Translations under genes and position numbers: made by a program
Source: Gemmatimonadales bacterium
GTDB lineage: Bacteria > Gemmatimonadota > Gemmatimonadetes > Gemmatimonadales > GWC2-71-9
DNA length: 64,000 bases
Direction: 5' to 3'
Assembly (NCBI GenBank): GCA_035699205.1
Contig: DASSBA010000209.1
Span: 2,062 to 66,061 of the forward strand
Part shown: one piece after another, positions 45,977 through 55,852 of the stretch
Position numbering within the stretch: the stretch's first letter is position 1
How the letters are laid out: the number at the start of each line of letters is the position of its first letter
The notes under the pieces: model-generated
Seen by the model: the letters and a program-made list of their open reading frames with translations, nothing else
The model's database searches: none
Told to the model about the DNA's origin: nothing

Positions 45977-46531
45977 TCACTGCCCTCGGTCCGCCAGGAT
46001 CAGCCGGGTCGCGCTGGCGAGATCGCGCGTGGTCGGCCAGAGGCGGGCGTCGGGTCGCTGCGACTCGCGCGTGCCAGCGCCGGTGAGCAGCAGCACGCCC
46101 CGGCCGCCGAACGCGCCGGCGGCGGCGATGTCGCGGACCCGGTCGCCGACCCACCAGCTCCGGCTCAGATCCAGGCCGAGATCCGCCGCCGCCCGCTGAT
46201 AAAGCAGGGGGCCCGGCTTGCGGCAGGTGCAAGGTCCCGAGAGGTCGGGGTGGTGCGGGCAGTGATAGCGGGCCTCGAGCCGGGCGCCTTCGCGTGCGAG
46301 GAGCTCGTCGAGCCGCCTGGCCGTGGCGGCGTAGTCCGCCTCGTTCAGCAGCCCGCGGGCGATTCCGGACTGGTTGGTGACCAGGACGGCCGCGCGGCCC
46401 GCGGAGTTGAGCTTCCGGACCGACTCCGCCGCGCCCGGGAGGAGGCGGACGCCGGCCGGATCGCGGAGATAGTGGCGGTCCTCGATCAGCGTGCCGTCGC
46501 GATCGAGGAACACCGCCGGCCGGCCGTTCAT
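45977..46531 (-). CDS. gmhB: HAD-IIIA phosphatase, GmhB-like (D,D-heptose 1,7-bisphosphate phosphatase type)
   Basis: VFLDRDGTL, VTNQSGIARG, Zn motif CPHHPDLSGPCTCRKP, and WWVGDRVRD. Confidence 0.8.
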   Translation of the reverse strand: MNGRPAVFLDRDGTLIEDRHYLRDPAGVRLLPGAAESVRKLNSAGRAAVLVTNQSGIARGLLNEADYAATARRLDELLAREGARLEARYHCPHHPDLSGPCTCRKPGPLLYQRAAADLGLDLSRSWWVGDRVRDIAAAGAFGGRGVLLLTGAGTRESQRPDARLWPTTRDLASATRLILADRGQ

Positions 46532-47883
46532 GCCAGGAGGGCCTGCGCGAGCGCGCGGCTGATGATGGGCTCGACCTCCTCGGGGAGGGTGCGCGGATCG
46601 AGCAGCACCCGGCCGCCGCCGACGCGTGCCACCACCGCCGGCTCGCCCAGCCGAAGCCGGAGCGCGAGCCCGTCCGGACCGAGGTCGCCGGCGTCGAGGG
46701 CGACGAGCGTCGTCGGCAGGATCGCTCCGGGGAACGACCCGCCGCCGACCGCGCTCTCACCGGGCTGCAGCTCGGGCTGCAGCTCCGGCGGGCAGTGAAG
46801 GGCCAACCGTTCCGCTCGCGCCGCCAGCGCCTGCTCGCCGAGCGTGAGCATGCGCAGGACGGGGATCTCCCGGACCGCCGTGGCGGGGTCCTCGTAGAGA
46901 CCGAGCGTGGCTTCCAGGGCGGCGAAGGTCAGCTTGTCGGCCCTGAGGGCGCGCGCGAGCGGGTTGGCGCGACACCGCCCCACCAGGTCGCGCCGGCCGA
47001 CCAGGCATCCCGCCTGCGGTCCGCCGAGCAGCTTGTCGCCGCTGAAGAGGACGAGACCGGCGCCGGCCGCGACCGCGTCGGCCACGCGGGGCTCCGACGT
47101 GAGCCCCCAGGGGGCGAGGTCCGCCAGCAGTCCGCTCCCGACATCGTGGAGGTACGGAATTGCGGCCGCGTCCGCCAATTCCGCGAGCGAGGTCGGCTCG
47201 GGCGACGTGACGAACCCTCGCTGCTCGAAGTTGGAGCGGTGCACCGTCAGGACGGCGGCGACGCTTCCGCCCAGCGCTCGCCGGTAGTCGTCGAGGTGGG
47301 TGCGGTTGGTGGTGCCCACCTCGCGCAGCCGCGCGCCGCTCCGGGCGATGATGTCGGGGATCCTGAACGAGCCGCCGATCTCGATCAGCTCTCCGCGGGA
47401 GATGAGCACCTCCCGCCCCGCCGCCACCGCGTTGAGCGCCAGCACGAGCGCGCCCGCGGCGTTGTTCACCACCAGCCCGTCCTCGGCGCCGCTCACCCGC
47501 CCGAGCAGCTCGCGGCAGTGGTCCGAGCGGCTGCCGCGACGGCCGGTGCCGAGCTCGAGCTCGAGGTTGCTGTAGCCGCTCGCGATCGTGACGAGGGCCT
47601 GGACGGCGGCCTCGGCCAGCGGTGCGCGGCCGAGATTGGTGTGCAGGACCACACCCGTCGCGTTGAGCACCGGGCGGAGGCTCGGGCGGCGGCGCTCCAC
47701 CAGCCGCTCCCGGATCTCGGCGGCCCAGTCCTCCGGGCCGGCGTGCCGGACTCGCGCGGCGGCGAGTGCCTCACGCGCCGCCGCCACCACCATGGCGCGC
47801 GGCACGCTGACGAGCAGCGCCTCCACCTCGGCCTCCCGAAGCAGCCGGTCCACGGAGGGGAGCCGCCGGCGCCGGTCGGTCAC
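46528..47883 (-). CDS. selA: L-seryl-tRNA(Sec) selenium transferase
   Basis: LPSVDRLL N-terminus, NNAAGALVLAL, ISRGELIEIGGSFRIPD, EVGTTNRTHLDDY, and PLP-lysine motif FSGDKLLGGPQAG. The GTG start at 47883 overlaps the upstream stop. Confidence 0.88.
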   Translation of the reverse strand: MTDRRRRLPSVDRLLREAEVEALLVSVPRAMVVAAAREALAAARVRHAGPEDWAAEIRERLVERRRPSLRPVLNATGVVLHTNLGRAPLAEAAVQALVTIASGYSNLELELGTGRRGSRSDHCRELLGRVSGAEDGLVVNNAAGALVLALNAVAAGREVLISRGELIEIGGSFRIPDIIARSGARLREVGTTNRTHLDDYRRALGGSVAAVLTVHRSNFEQRGFVTSPEPTSLAELADAAAIPYLHDVGSGLLADLAPWGLTSEPRVADAVAAGAGLVLFSGDKLLGGPQAGCLVGRRDLVGRCRANPLARALRADKLTFAALEATLGLYEDPATAVREIPVLRMLTLGEQALAARAERLALHCPPELQPELQPGESAVGGGSFPGAILPTTLVALDAGDLGPDGLALRLRLGEPAVVARVGGGRVLLDPRTLPEEVEPIISRALAQALLA

Positions 47884-49250
47884 GGGGTCTTCCTGGCGGG
47901 CCGGTTGCGGAGCGAGTCGGGGCGCCGCTTCAGCGAGTCGGGCGCGGCCTTCAGCGAGTCGGGCCTCCGACCGAGCGAATCGGCGGCGCGCCGGAGCGAG
48001 TCCGGCGGCGGCGGCTTGGGGACCGCGAGCACGCCGCTCGCGTCTCCCGCCGCGCCGGTCACGTTCCGGATGCCCCGGAGATCGATGGCGTAGCGTCCGT
48101 CCGGCTTCCACGGCTGCTCGACTCTGAGCACGAGGCGGTCGCTGAGGGGCGGGCGCGTGGTGAGCGGCTTGGGCTCGGCCGCCCCGCGGGCGCCTGGTGC
48201 GCCCGGTGGCGCACCCTCCTCGACCTCCGCGATGCCCGGGCGCCGGGCGGCAGCCCGGTTGCGTGCGGCGGTGTCCCGCGCCGTCGTGTCGCGTGCCGTC
48301 GTATCGCGGCGGGTGGTATCGCGCGCCGCCCCAGCGCGCTGGTGGAGGCTGTCGTCCACCGGCTTGGGGAGCAGCGAGCTCACCCGCACGGGCGTCGAAT
48401 CGGGCAGGAGCCGAACCCTGGCCGCGGCGGCGGTCAGGCGCTGCCGCGGGTCGAGGCTCTGGGTGAGCTCGATGGTGGCGGACACGCTGTCGGCGACGGT
48501 GATGGTCCGGATGCGCGGCGGCGTCGTATCGTGCACGAACGCCCAGAGCTCACCCGCCGACGTCTTCCCCCGGGCCAGGCGCACGCTGTCGAACGCCTCG
48601 CGCGGGTCGAATCGCAGGTTGTGGTTCTGGTCGAGCACCCCGCGGACCAGGTACTCCCCCGCGGGCAGCGGGCCGAGGGAGATGTGACCGCTCGAGTCGG
48701 TCACCCCGCGGTAGGGGAGGCTGTCCGGCAGCAGGATCGCCTCGAGCAGCGCGGCCGGCGCCGGGCGGCTGGTGCTCCAGTCCACCACGGTGCCCTCGAT
48801 TTTCGCCGCCGGCAGGGGCGCGCCGGTCGTGAACGTCACGACGGCCCCGGTGTCGCTCCGGTTGCGCCGGAGATCGGTGACCCCCGGGAGCAGCTCCACC
48901 CGGTAGACGCGGTCGGCCCGCCAGCCTTCGCTCGGGCGCACGTCGATGCGGTCCCGGTGCCAGCTCACGTCCGGTACTCGAATGGCGGGCGAGAGGATGA
49001 TGAGCTTCTCCAGATCGCCCGTGCCGGTGCCTTCATTGGGCGTGGACCCCTCGGAGATGACCTCGTCGAAGCGGAACTCCACGCTCCCGCCGAAGTCCGG
49101 GATGCGGGCGAACGAGTCCGGGCGGGTGGCGAGGAGCTGCGGGGGTGAGATGTCGGGCGGGCCGCCGGGGGGCGGCTCGATGCGGGCGCAGGAAAGGAGC
49201 AACGGGACGGAGAGACGGAGGGACGGAGCGACGGAGCGACACAAGCCCAT
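47880..49250 (-). CDS. Lipoprotein with Ig-like (SbsA/Big_5-type) domains and basic C-terminal peptide repeats
   Basis: MGLCRSVAPSLRLSVPLLLSCARIE (lipobox LLLSC). Central beta-rich domains. The C-terminal region carries RDTT[AR] x4 and a [PA]DSL-containing 7-aa repeat x5. The start codon lies in the loop of the 49214..49296 hairpin. Confidence 0.7.
   Translation of the reverse strand: MGLCRSVAPSLRLSVPLLLSCARIEPPPGGPPDISPPQLLATRPDSFARIPDFGGSVEFRFDEVISEGSTPNEGTGTGDLEKLIILSPAIRVPDVSWHRDRIDVRPSEGWRADRVYRVELLPGVTDLRRNRSDTGAVVTFTTGAPLPAAKIEGTVVDWSTSRPAPAALLEAILLPDSLPYRGVTDSSGHISLGPLPAGEYLVRGVLDQNHNLRFDPREAFDSVRLARGKTSAGELWAFVHDTTPPRIRTITVADSVSATIELTQSLDPRQRLTAAAARVRLLPDSTPVRVSSLLPKPVDDSLHQRAGAARDTTRRDTTARDTTARDTAARNRAAARRPGIAEVEEGAPPGAPGARGAAEPKPLTTRPPLSDRLVLRVEQPWKPDGRYAIDLRGIRNVTGAAGDASGVLAVPKPPPPDSLRRAADSLGRRPDSLKAAPDSLKRRPDSLRNRPARKTP
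47905..48010 (-). repeat. In-frame 21-nt tandem repeat x5 encoding a 7-aa unit with [PA]DSL core
   Basis: The AGCGA[GA]TC[GC]GG motif recurs at 47911, 47932, 47953, 47974 (one-mismatch copy, GA swapped to AG) and 47995. It translates as PDSLRRAADSLGRRPDSLKAAPDSLKRRPDSLRNRP. Confidence 0.8.
48268..48330 (-). repeat. In-frame 15-nt tandem repeat x4 encoding RDTT[AR]
   Basis: Imperfect units gcggtgtcccgcgcc / gtcgtgtcgcgtgcc / gtcgtatcgcggcgg / gtggtatcgcgcgcc, read as ARDTTRRDTTARDTTARDTAARN. Confidence 0.75.
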
Positions 49251-49296
49251 CCGGGTGGCTTTCCGCTCCGTCGCTCCGTCGCTCCGTCCCTCCGTC
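49214..49296. repeat. Hairpin with tandem 8-mer arms: (GACGGAGS)x3.4 / (SCTCCGTC)x3.4
   Basis: 27 perfect bp (49214-49240 with 49270-49296) and a 29-nt loop (49241-49269). One arm ends 1 nt from the valS stop (49298-49300). The loop holds the ATG at 49250-49248. The other arm encodes residues 4-13 of the lipoprotein signal peptide. Confidence 0.9.
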
Positions 49297-49297
49297 C

Positions 49298-51997
49298 TCA
49301 ACATCCCAGCCGCTCCCGCTTCCGCACCAGCACCTGGCGCTGCTCGCTCCAGGCCGCCAGCTTTTCGCGCTCGCGGGCGACCACGTCGGCAGGGGCGCGG
49401 GCGACGAACTGCTGGTTGCCGAGCTTCTTTTCCTGCGAGGCGACGAGCGTGGCGAGACGGTCGGTCTCCGCGCCGAGCCGGCTGCACTCGCGCCCGACGT
49501 CGATGGCGTCGCCCAGGGGAACGAACACGGCCGTGCCATCGGGCAGCACGGCGTGGCCGCCCACCCGCTCGGTGCTCTCGGCGAGGACCAGCTCCGAGAG
49601 CCGGGCCATTCGCAGGATGGTGCCCCGCTCCGACTCCAGGGCGGGCGCGGACCACCCGCCGTCCTGACTCACGAAGGCTCGCACCGTCCGGCCCGGCTGC
49701 ACGCCGTACTCGGCGCGGATGCCGCGGATGGCCCCGACCACCTGCTGCACCAGCTCGAACTCGGCCAGCGCCTCCGCGTCCTCCGCCCGCGCGTCGGGTC
49801 GAGGCCACGGGGCCACCGAGATGGATGCGTCGGCGGGACGGCCGGGAAAGCGCTGCCAGAGCGCCTCGGTGATGAACGGCATGACCGGGTGGAGCAGCCG
49901 GAGCGCCACGTCGAATGTCTGCACCGCCACCGCGCGGGCCACCTCGCCGCCGGGGATGTCGCCATAGAGCCGAGGCTTGATCTGCTCGATGTACCAGTCG
50001 GCCAGATCGCTCCACAGGAAGCGGTACACCGCGCCCGCGGCCTCGTTCAGGCGGAACTTCTCGTACGCCTCCGTGGCCTCGCGCACGGTCGCGTCGCACC
50101 GGGCGATGATCCAGCGGTCGGCCAGGGTCAGCTCGTCGCGCCGGACCGCGTTCGGCGCCCCCGCGAGCGGCCGGAGCGCCGACGCAGGTCCGGCGGGCGC
50201 CAGGTTCGAGAGGATGAAGCGTCCGGCGTTCCACAGCTTGTTGGCGAAGTTCCGGCCCGGAGCGAACGACGCCTCGAGGTCGGCCGGATCCAGGATGACA
50301 TCGGTCCCCACCGACATCCCCGAGACGATCGAGTAGCGGAGCGCGTCCGCGCCGTAGCGCTCGACCACCTCGAGCGGGTCGATGCCGTTGCCCAGCGTCT
50401 TGGACATCTTGCGGTGCTGGGTGTCGCGCACCGTGCCGTGCAGGTAGATGTCCGTATACGGCACCTCGCCCATGAAGTGGAGCCCGGCCATGATCATGCG
50501 CGCCACCCAGAAGAACAGGATCTCGGGCGCGGAGACGAGCGTGTGGCCGGGATAGAACGCGGTGAGATCGCGGGTGTGCTCCGGCCAGCCCAGGCTGGAG
50601 AACGGAACCAGCCACGAGGAGAACCAGGTGTCGAGCACGTCCTCGTCCTGACGGACCGGCCCGCCGCACGCGGGGCAGCTCTCGAGGTCGGTGCGGCTGA
50701 CGGACACCCGGGCGCAGCTTTCCGCGTCGCAGTACCAGACCGGGATCCGATGGCCCCACCAGAGCTGGCGGGAGATGCACCAGTCGCGGATTCCCTCGAG
50801 CCACTGGGTGTAGTCGTCACCCCGGCGCTCGGGGATGAAGTGCAGCGTCCCGTCCCGGTAGGCCTCCAGGGCGGGTCGGGCGAGCGGCTCCATCCGGACG
50901 AACCACTGGTCCGAGAGCCGCGGCTCGATGATGGTATCGCAGCGGTAGCAATGGCCCACCGCATGCCGGTGCGGCTCGACCTTCGCGAGCAGCCCGGCGC
51001 CCTCGAACTCGGCGACGACCCGCGCGCGGGCCTCGAACCGGTCGAGCCCCTGGAACCGCTCGGGCGCGGCGAGGCTGATGCGCGCCTCGGGCGTCATCAC
51101 GTCGATCGATGGCAGGCCGTGCCGGCGGCCGATCTCGAAGTCGGCCGGGTCGTGCGCCGGCGTCACCTTCACCGCGCCGGAGCCGAAGGCCGGGTCCACC
51201 GCCTCGTCGGCCACGATCGGGACCCGCCGGTCCACCACCGGCAGCAGCAGCTCGCGCCCGACGAGGTCCCGGTATCGCCCGTCGTCCGGGTGCACCGCCA
51301 CGGCAGTATCGCCCAGCATCGTCTCGGGGCGGGTGGTGGCCACGGTGACGTGGCCGCCGCCGTCGGCCAGCGGATAGCGGAGATGCCAGATGCGTCCCTC
51401 GGTCTCGCGCTTCTCCGCCTCCTCGTTGGAGAGCGCGGTGAGGCAGCGGGGGCACCAGTTGATGATGTAATGCCCCCGGTAGATGAGCCCCTCGTCGTAC
51501 AGCGTGACGAACGCCTCGCGGACGGCGCGGGAAAGCCCCTCGTCCAGCGTGAAGTAGGTGCGGCTCCAGTCGGCCGAGCACCCGATGGCCTCGAGCTGCT
51601 GGAGGATGGCGGCGCCGGTGGCGCGGACGTAGGCCCAGACGCGCTCGACGAACGCGTCGCGGCCCACGTCGAAGCGGGTGAGGCCTTCTTTCGCCAGCAG
51701 CCGCTCCACCACGTTCTGCGTCGCGATGCCGGCATGGTCGGTGCCCGGCAGCCAGAGCGTCCGGCGCCCGCGCATCCGCTCGAACCGGACCAGGACGTCC
51801 TGCACCGTGTTGTTGAGGCCGTGACCCATATGCAGCACCGCCGTGACGTTGGGCGGCGGCATCATGATGACGTAGGGTGCTCCGGCGGGGCCGGCGGGGT
51901 TGGCGTCGGGCGAGAACAGCCCGCGCTCCCGCCACCAGGCGTAGAGGGCGGACTCGATGGTGGAGGGATTGTACTGGGGGGCGAGCGGCTCGGTCAT
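49298..51997 (-). CDS. valS: Valine--tRNA ligase
   Basis: 899 aa with PPPNVTAVLHMGH (HIGH) and KMSKTLGN (KMSKS) motifs and a C-terminal coiled coil. Confidence 0.93.
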   Translation of the reverse strand: MTEPLAPQYNPSTIESALYAWWRERGLFSPDANPAGPAGAPYVIMMPPPNVTAVLHMGHGLNNTVQDVLVRFERMRGRRTLWLPGTDHAGIATQNVVERLLAKEGLTRFDVGRDAFVERVWAYVRATGAAILQQLEAIGCSADWSRTYFTLDEGLSRAVREAFVTLYDEGLIYRGHYIINWCPRCLTALSNEEAEKRETEGRIWHLRYPLADGGGHVTVATTRPETMLGDTAVAVHPDDGRYRDLVGRELLLPVVDRRVPIVADEAVDPAFGSGAVKVTPAHDPADFEIGRRHGLPSIDVMTPEARISLAAPERFQGLDRFEARARVVAEFEGAGLLAKVEPHRHAVGHCYRCDTIIEPRLSDQWFVRMEPLARPALEAYRDGTLHFIPERRGDDYTQWLEGIRDWCISRQLWWGHRIPVWYCDAESCARVSVSRTDLESCPACGGPVRQDEDVLDTWFSSWLVPFSSLGWPEHTRDLTAFYPGHTLVSAPEILFFWVARMIMAGLHFMGEVPYTDIYLHGTVRDTQHRKMSKTLGNGIDPLEVVERYGADALRYSIVSGMSVGTDVILDPADLEASFAPGRNFANKLWNAGRFILSNLAPAGPASALRPLAGAPNAVRRDELTLADRWIIARCDATVREATEAYEKFRLNEAAGAVYRFLWSDLADWYIEQIKPRLYGDIPGGEVARAVAVQTFDVALRLLHPVMPFITEALWQRFPGRPADASISVAPWPRPDARAEDAEALAEFELVQQVVGAIRGIRAEYGVQPGRTVRAFVSQDGGWSAPALESERGTILRMARLSELVLAESTERVGGHAVLPDGTAVFVPLGDAIDVGRECSRLGAETDRLATLVASQEKKLGNQQFVARAPADVVAREREKLAAWSEQRQVLVRKRERLGC

Positions 51998-52428
51998 GCG
52001 CTCTGGTCGGTGGCGCGCGCGTCCCGGGCCCGGGTGAGGTCGTCCTCGCCGCGGACGAGCAGGCTGTTGATGACGCTCTCGATCCCGGGCACGGCCAGGG
52101 CGGCCCGACCCGCGATGGCGCGGGCCGCCCGCGTCGGCACCCAGCCGCGGAGCTCCACCACACCGCGGGCGACGGCCATGGCTTCGATCGGGATGCCGGC
52201 GAGCCGGGGTTCGGCCGCCAGCGCGGCCTCGACCGCGCGCGCCGACGCCGAGGAGGTGAGCCGTGTCGGGCTACCCTGCCGGAGGCGCCGCGCCACACCC
52301 CTGACGCGGACCCGGTTCACCCCGCCCACCCATTCGCTCAGCAGGAAGCCCGCTACCAGACCGGCCCCGACGCCCAGGCCGCTCCAGAGCATCACCTGCA
52401 TCCCAGTCAGCCGATCGCGTTGGCGCAC
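51994..52428 (-). CDS. BON domain membrane protein
   Basis: TM helix MLWSGLGVGAGLVAGFLL, then a BON-like VARGVVELRGWVPTRAARAIAGRAALAVPGIESVINSL. ATGA overlap with valS. The start is GTG at 52428 or ATG at 52401. Confidence 0.7.
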   Translation of the reverse strand: MRQRDRLTGMQVMLWSGLGVGAGLVAGFLLSEWVGGVNRVRVRGVARRLRQGSPTRLTSSASARAVEAALAAEPRLAGIPIEAMAVARGVVELRGWVPTRAARAIAGRAALAVPGIESVINSLLVRGEDDLTRARDARATDQSA

Positions 52429-52521
52429 GCCGTATCCTCTTACGTGAAGATTTGTCGTCCGATTAAGTTAACATTTTCAGCGGGTAAACGCAGGAATCGG
52501 GCCTTCTTCCAGGGTCTCCGG

Positions 52522-52671
52522 ATGAACGACCAACGCACGACCGCGCGCGGGCCCGAGCTGGGCCGGTGGATGTTCGTCGCCGCGCTGCTGCTCATCGGGC
52601 TGGGTCTCTACTTCGCCTTCGCGCCGAGGAGCGAGCCGCCCGCGCCCGCGGCGGCGCAGGAGAGTCGGTGA
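52522..52671 (+). CDS. Small hypothetical membrane peptide (49 aa) coupled to thrS
   Basis: MNDQRTTARGPELGRWMFVAALLLIGLGLYFAF... has one TM helix. Its stop overlaps the thrS GTG (GTGA). Support is positional only. Confidence 0.4.
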   Translation: MNDQRTTARGPELGRWMFVAALLLIGLGLYFAFAPRSEPPAPAAAQESR

Positions 52672-54593
52672 GCGACACGATCCGGATCACGCTTCCGGAT
52701 GGCAGCGTGCGCGAGGTGCCGCAGGGCACGACGCCGCGCCAGCTCGCCGAGGGCATCGGCGCGGGCCTCGCGCGCGCGGCGCTCGCGGCCCGGGTGGACG
52801 GCACCGTCCGGGATCTGGACCGCCCGCTCGAGGCCGACGCCGCCGTGGCCATCCTGACCGAGCGCGACCCGGAAGCCCTCGAGCTCCTGCGCCACTCTTC
52901 GGCGCACATCCTGGCCACGGCGGTCCGCGAGCTCTTCCCCGGCGCCGGGATCGGGTTCGGGCCGCCGATCGAAGACGGCTTCTACTACGACTTCGAGGTG
53001 GACCGGCCGTTCACCCCCGAGGACCTCGCGCGTATCGAGGCCAAGATGGCGGAGGTCGCGGCGCGGGACTATCCGTTCGAGCGGGAAGTGGTGGACCGCC
53101 GCGAGGCCAACCGCCGGTTCGCCGACGATCCGCTCAAGCTCGAGCGGATCGGCGAACTGGGGGACGACGAGACCATCACCGTCTACACCGACGGCCCGTT
53201 CCAGGACCTCTGCCGGGGTCCCCACATCCCCCGCACCGGCCGGCTCAAGCACTTCAAGCTGCTCTCCGCCGCGGGCGCGTACTGGCGGGGCGATGAGCGC
53301 CGCCAGATGCTCCAGCGGATCTACGGCACGGCCTGGTTCAGGAAGGAGGAGCTCGACGGGTATCTCCACCGGCTCGAGGAAGCGCGCAAGCGCGACCACA
53401 GGCGGGTCGGACGCGAGCTCGACCTGTTCATGTTCCACCCCTCGGCGCCGGGCGCGGTGTTCTGGACCGAGCGGGGGACGACGCTGTACAACCTGCTGGT
53501 CGAGTTCGTTCGCGAGCGGCAGGCGGCGGCGTTCAAGGAGATCAAGACGCCGCTCATCTACAACAAGATGCTGTGGGAGATCTCGGGGCACTGGGGGAAG
53601 TACCGGGACAACATGTTCCTGGTGCTGAACAAGGAGACCGGGGAGCATGATTCGTCGCTCAAGCCGATGAACTGCCCGTCCCACTACCTGCTGTACTCCG
53701 CGAAGAAGCACTCCTACCGCGAGCTGCCGCTCCGCTACGTGACCTTCGACGTGCTGCACCGGAACGAGGTGACCGGCGCGCTCTCGGGGCTCACCCGCGT
53801 GCGCCAGTTCGCCCAGGACGACTGCCACGTGTTCCTGACCGACGGGCAGATCGTGGACGAGGTGAAGTTCCTCATGGACTTCATCCTGGCCTACTATCGC
53901 ACGTTCGGGCTGGAGCCCAGCCTCAAGTTCGCCACCCGGCCCGAGACCCGGATCGGGAGCGACGAGCTGTGGGACCGCGCCGAGGGCGCGCTGCGCGGCG
54001 CGCTGGAGGCGACCGGCATGGGCTACGAGCTCAAGCCCGGCGATGGGGCGTTCTACGGTCCCAAGATCGACTTCGACGTGACCGACTCGATCGGCCGGAG
54101 CTGGCAGCTCGGCACCATCCAGCTCGACTACAACGCGCCCGAGCGGTTCGACCTGGTCTACGTGGGCGACGACAACACCGAGCACCGGCCCGTCGTCATC
54201 CACCGGGCCGTGAGCGGCTCGTTCGAGCGGTTCATCGCCATCCTCATCGAGCACTTCGCGGGGGCGTTCCCGGTCTGGCTGGCGCCCGAGCAGGTACGGG
54301 TGATCCCCATCTCCGACGCGCAGATCGACGCCGCGCGCGGCATTACCGAGCGGCTCGCGGCGGCTGGAATCCGGGCGCATCTCGACGACCGGAGCGAGAC
54401 GCTCAATTACCGCATCCGCGAAGGCGAAGTCGCGAAGATCCCGTACATGGCCGTGGTCGGCCAGCGGGAGGCGGAGAGCGACAGTGTGGCACTCCGGGTG
54501 CGGGGCGCGGGCAGGAAGCAGGACGTGCTGACGGTTCAGGCGTTCCTCGATCGGGTCACCGGCGAGGTGCGCTCGCGCGCGCTGGCGCCCTGA
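52668..54593 (+). CDS. thrS: Threonine--tRNA ligase
   Basis: TGS domain ([13 protein letters not shown]), editing-domain HSSAHILA, class II core (FRNE-type [22 protein letters not shown]), and a C-terminal anticodon-binding domain. Confidence 0.93.
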   Translation: MSDTIRITLPDGSVREVPQGTTPRQLAEGIGAGLARAALAARVDGTVRDLDRPLEADAAVAILTERDPEALELLRHSSAHILATAVRELFPGAGIGFGPPIEDGFYYDFEVDRPFTPEDLARIEAKMAEVAARDYPFEREVVDRREANRRFADDPLKLERIGELGDDETITVYTDGPFQDLCRGPHIPRTGRLKHFKLLSAAGAYWRGDERRQMLQRIYGTAWFRKEELDGYLHRLEEARKRDHRRVGRELDLFMFHPSAPGAVFWTERGTTLYNLLVEFVRERQAAAFKEIKTPLIYNKMLWEISGHWGKYRDNMFLVLNKETGEHDSSLKPMNCPSHYLLYSAKKHSYRELPLRYVTFDVLHRNEVTGALSGLTRVRQFAQDDCHVFLTDGQIVDEVKFLMDFILAYYRTFGLEPSLKFATRPETRIGSDELWDRAEGALRGALEATGMGYELKPGDGAFYGPKIDFDVTDSIGRSWQLGTIQLDYNAPERFDLVYVGDDNTEHRPVVIHRAVSGSFERFIAILIEHFAGAFPVWLAPEQVRVIPISDAQIDAARGITERLAAAGIRAHLDDRSETLNYRIREGEVAKIPYMAVVGQREAESDSVALRVRGAGRKQDVLTVQAFLDRVTGEVRSRALAP

Positions 54594-54661
54594 GGCTCGC
54601 CCTACCGGGACCCGGGGAGCCCGCCTATCTTGCCCTCGCGAACACTGGACCCGAGGTGCAT

Positions 54662-55852
54662 GTGAGCGATACGACAACGCCGGTCATCGTCTCCGCCGTC
54701 CGGACGCCGATCGGCCGCTATCTTGGCGGGCTGGCCTCCTTCGCCGCCCCCCAGCTCGGCGCCCGCGTCATCCGCGAGGCGGTCCGCCGCGCCGGCGTGG
54801 ACGGCGCGGCCGTGGACGAAGTCATCATGGGGCAGGTGGTGCAGGGCGGCTCGGGGCAGGCCCCGGCGCGCCAGGCGCTCATTCACGCCGGCCTTCCCGC
54901 CGCGATTCCCGCGCTCACCATCAACAAGGTCTGCGGCTCCGGCCTCAAGGCCGTCATGCTCGCAGCCCAGGCCATCAAGGCGGGCGACGCCGAGTGCATC
55001 GTGGCCGGCGGCCAGGAATCCATGTCCTCCGCGCCACATTATGTGTACGGCATGCGCACCGGGATCAAGGCGGGCAACCAGACCATGGTGGACGGCATGA
55101 TCCACGACGGCCTGTGGGACTCGTTCGGCTGCTGCCACATGGGTGAATACGCCGAGTACACGGCGGACAAGGCGGGCGTCTCGCGCGAGGACCAGGACCG
55201 GTTCGCCTACGAGAGCCATCGCAAGGCCATCGCGGCCATCGAGGAGGGCAAGTTCAAGGCCGAGATCCTGCCGGTCCAGGTCCCGGGAAAGAGCGGTCCC
55301 ACCACCGTCTCCACCGACGAGGCGCCCCGGAAGGACACCAGCCCCGAAACGCTCGCCCGGCTCAAGCCGGCATTCAAGCCCGACGGCGGCACGGTGACGG
55401 CGGGCAACGCCCCCGGGCTCAACGACGGCGCGAGCGCGCTCGTGGTCACCTCCGAGGCGTTCGCGAAGGCCCATGGCCTGACGCCGATGGCCCGCATCAC
55501 CGGCTACGCCACCGGCGGCGGGGAGCCGCGCGACCTCTTCTTCGCGCCGGTGCTCGCGGTCAGGACCCTCATGGACAAGACCGGCACCACCATCGACCGT
55601 TACGACCTGATCGAGGCCAACGAGGCGTTCGCGGTCCAGGCGCTGGCCGACGGCCGCGAGCTGGGCTGGGACTGGGACCGGGTCAACGTGCACGGCGGCG
55701 CGGTCGCGCTGGGGCACCCGATCGGCGCCAGCGGCGCGCGGGTCCTCACCACGCTGCTCTACGCGCTGCGCGACCGCGGCGGCTCGACCGGCCTCGCCAC
55801 CCTCTGCCTCGGCGGCGGCAACGCCGTGGCGCTCAGCGTGGAGCTGGTGTGA
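54662..55852 (+). CDS. Acetyl-CoA C-acetyltransferase (thiolase II)
   Basis: [12 protein letters not shown]..., active-site [11 protein letters not shown], and C-terminal [17 protein letters not shown]...[13 protein letters not shown] start at 54662 (or 54656). Confidence 0.9.
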   Translation: MSDTTTPVIVSAVRTPIGRYLGGLASFAAPQLGARVIREAVRRAGVDGAAVDEVIMGQVVQGGSGQAPARQALIHAGLPAAIPALTINKVCGSGLKAVMLAAQAIKAGDAECIVAGGQESMSSAPHYVYGMRTGIKAGNQTMVDGMIHDGLWDSFGCCHMGEYAEYTADKAGVSREDQDRFAYESHRKAIAAIEEGKFKAEILPVQVPGKSGPTTVSTDEAPRKDTSPETLARLKPAFKPDGGTVTAGNAPGLNDGASALVVTSEAFAKAHGLTPMARITGYATGGGEPRDLFFAPVLAVRTLMDKTGTTIDRYDLIEANEAFAVQALADGRELGWDWDRVNVHGGAVALGHPIGASGARVLTTLLYALRDRGGSTGLATLCLGGGNAVALSVELV

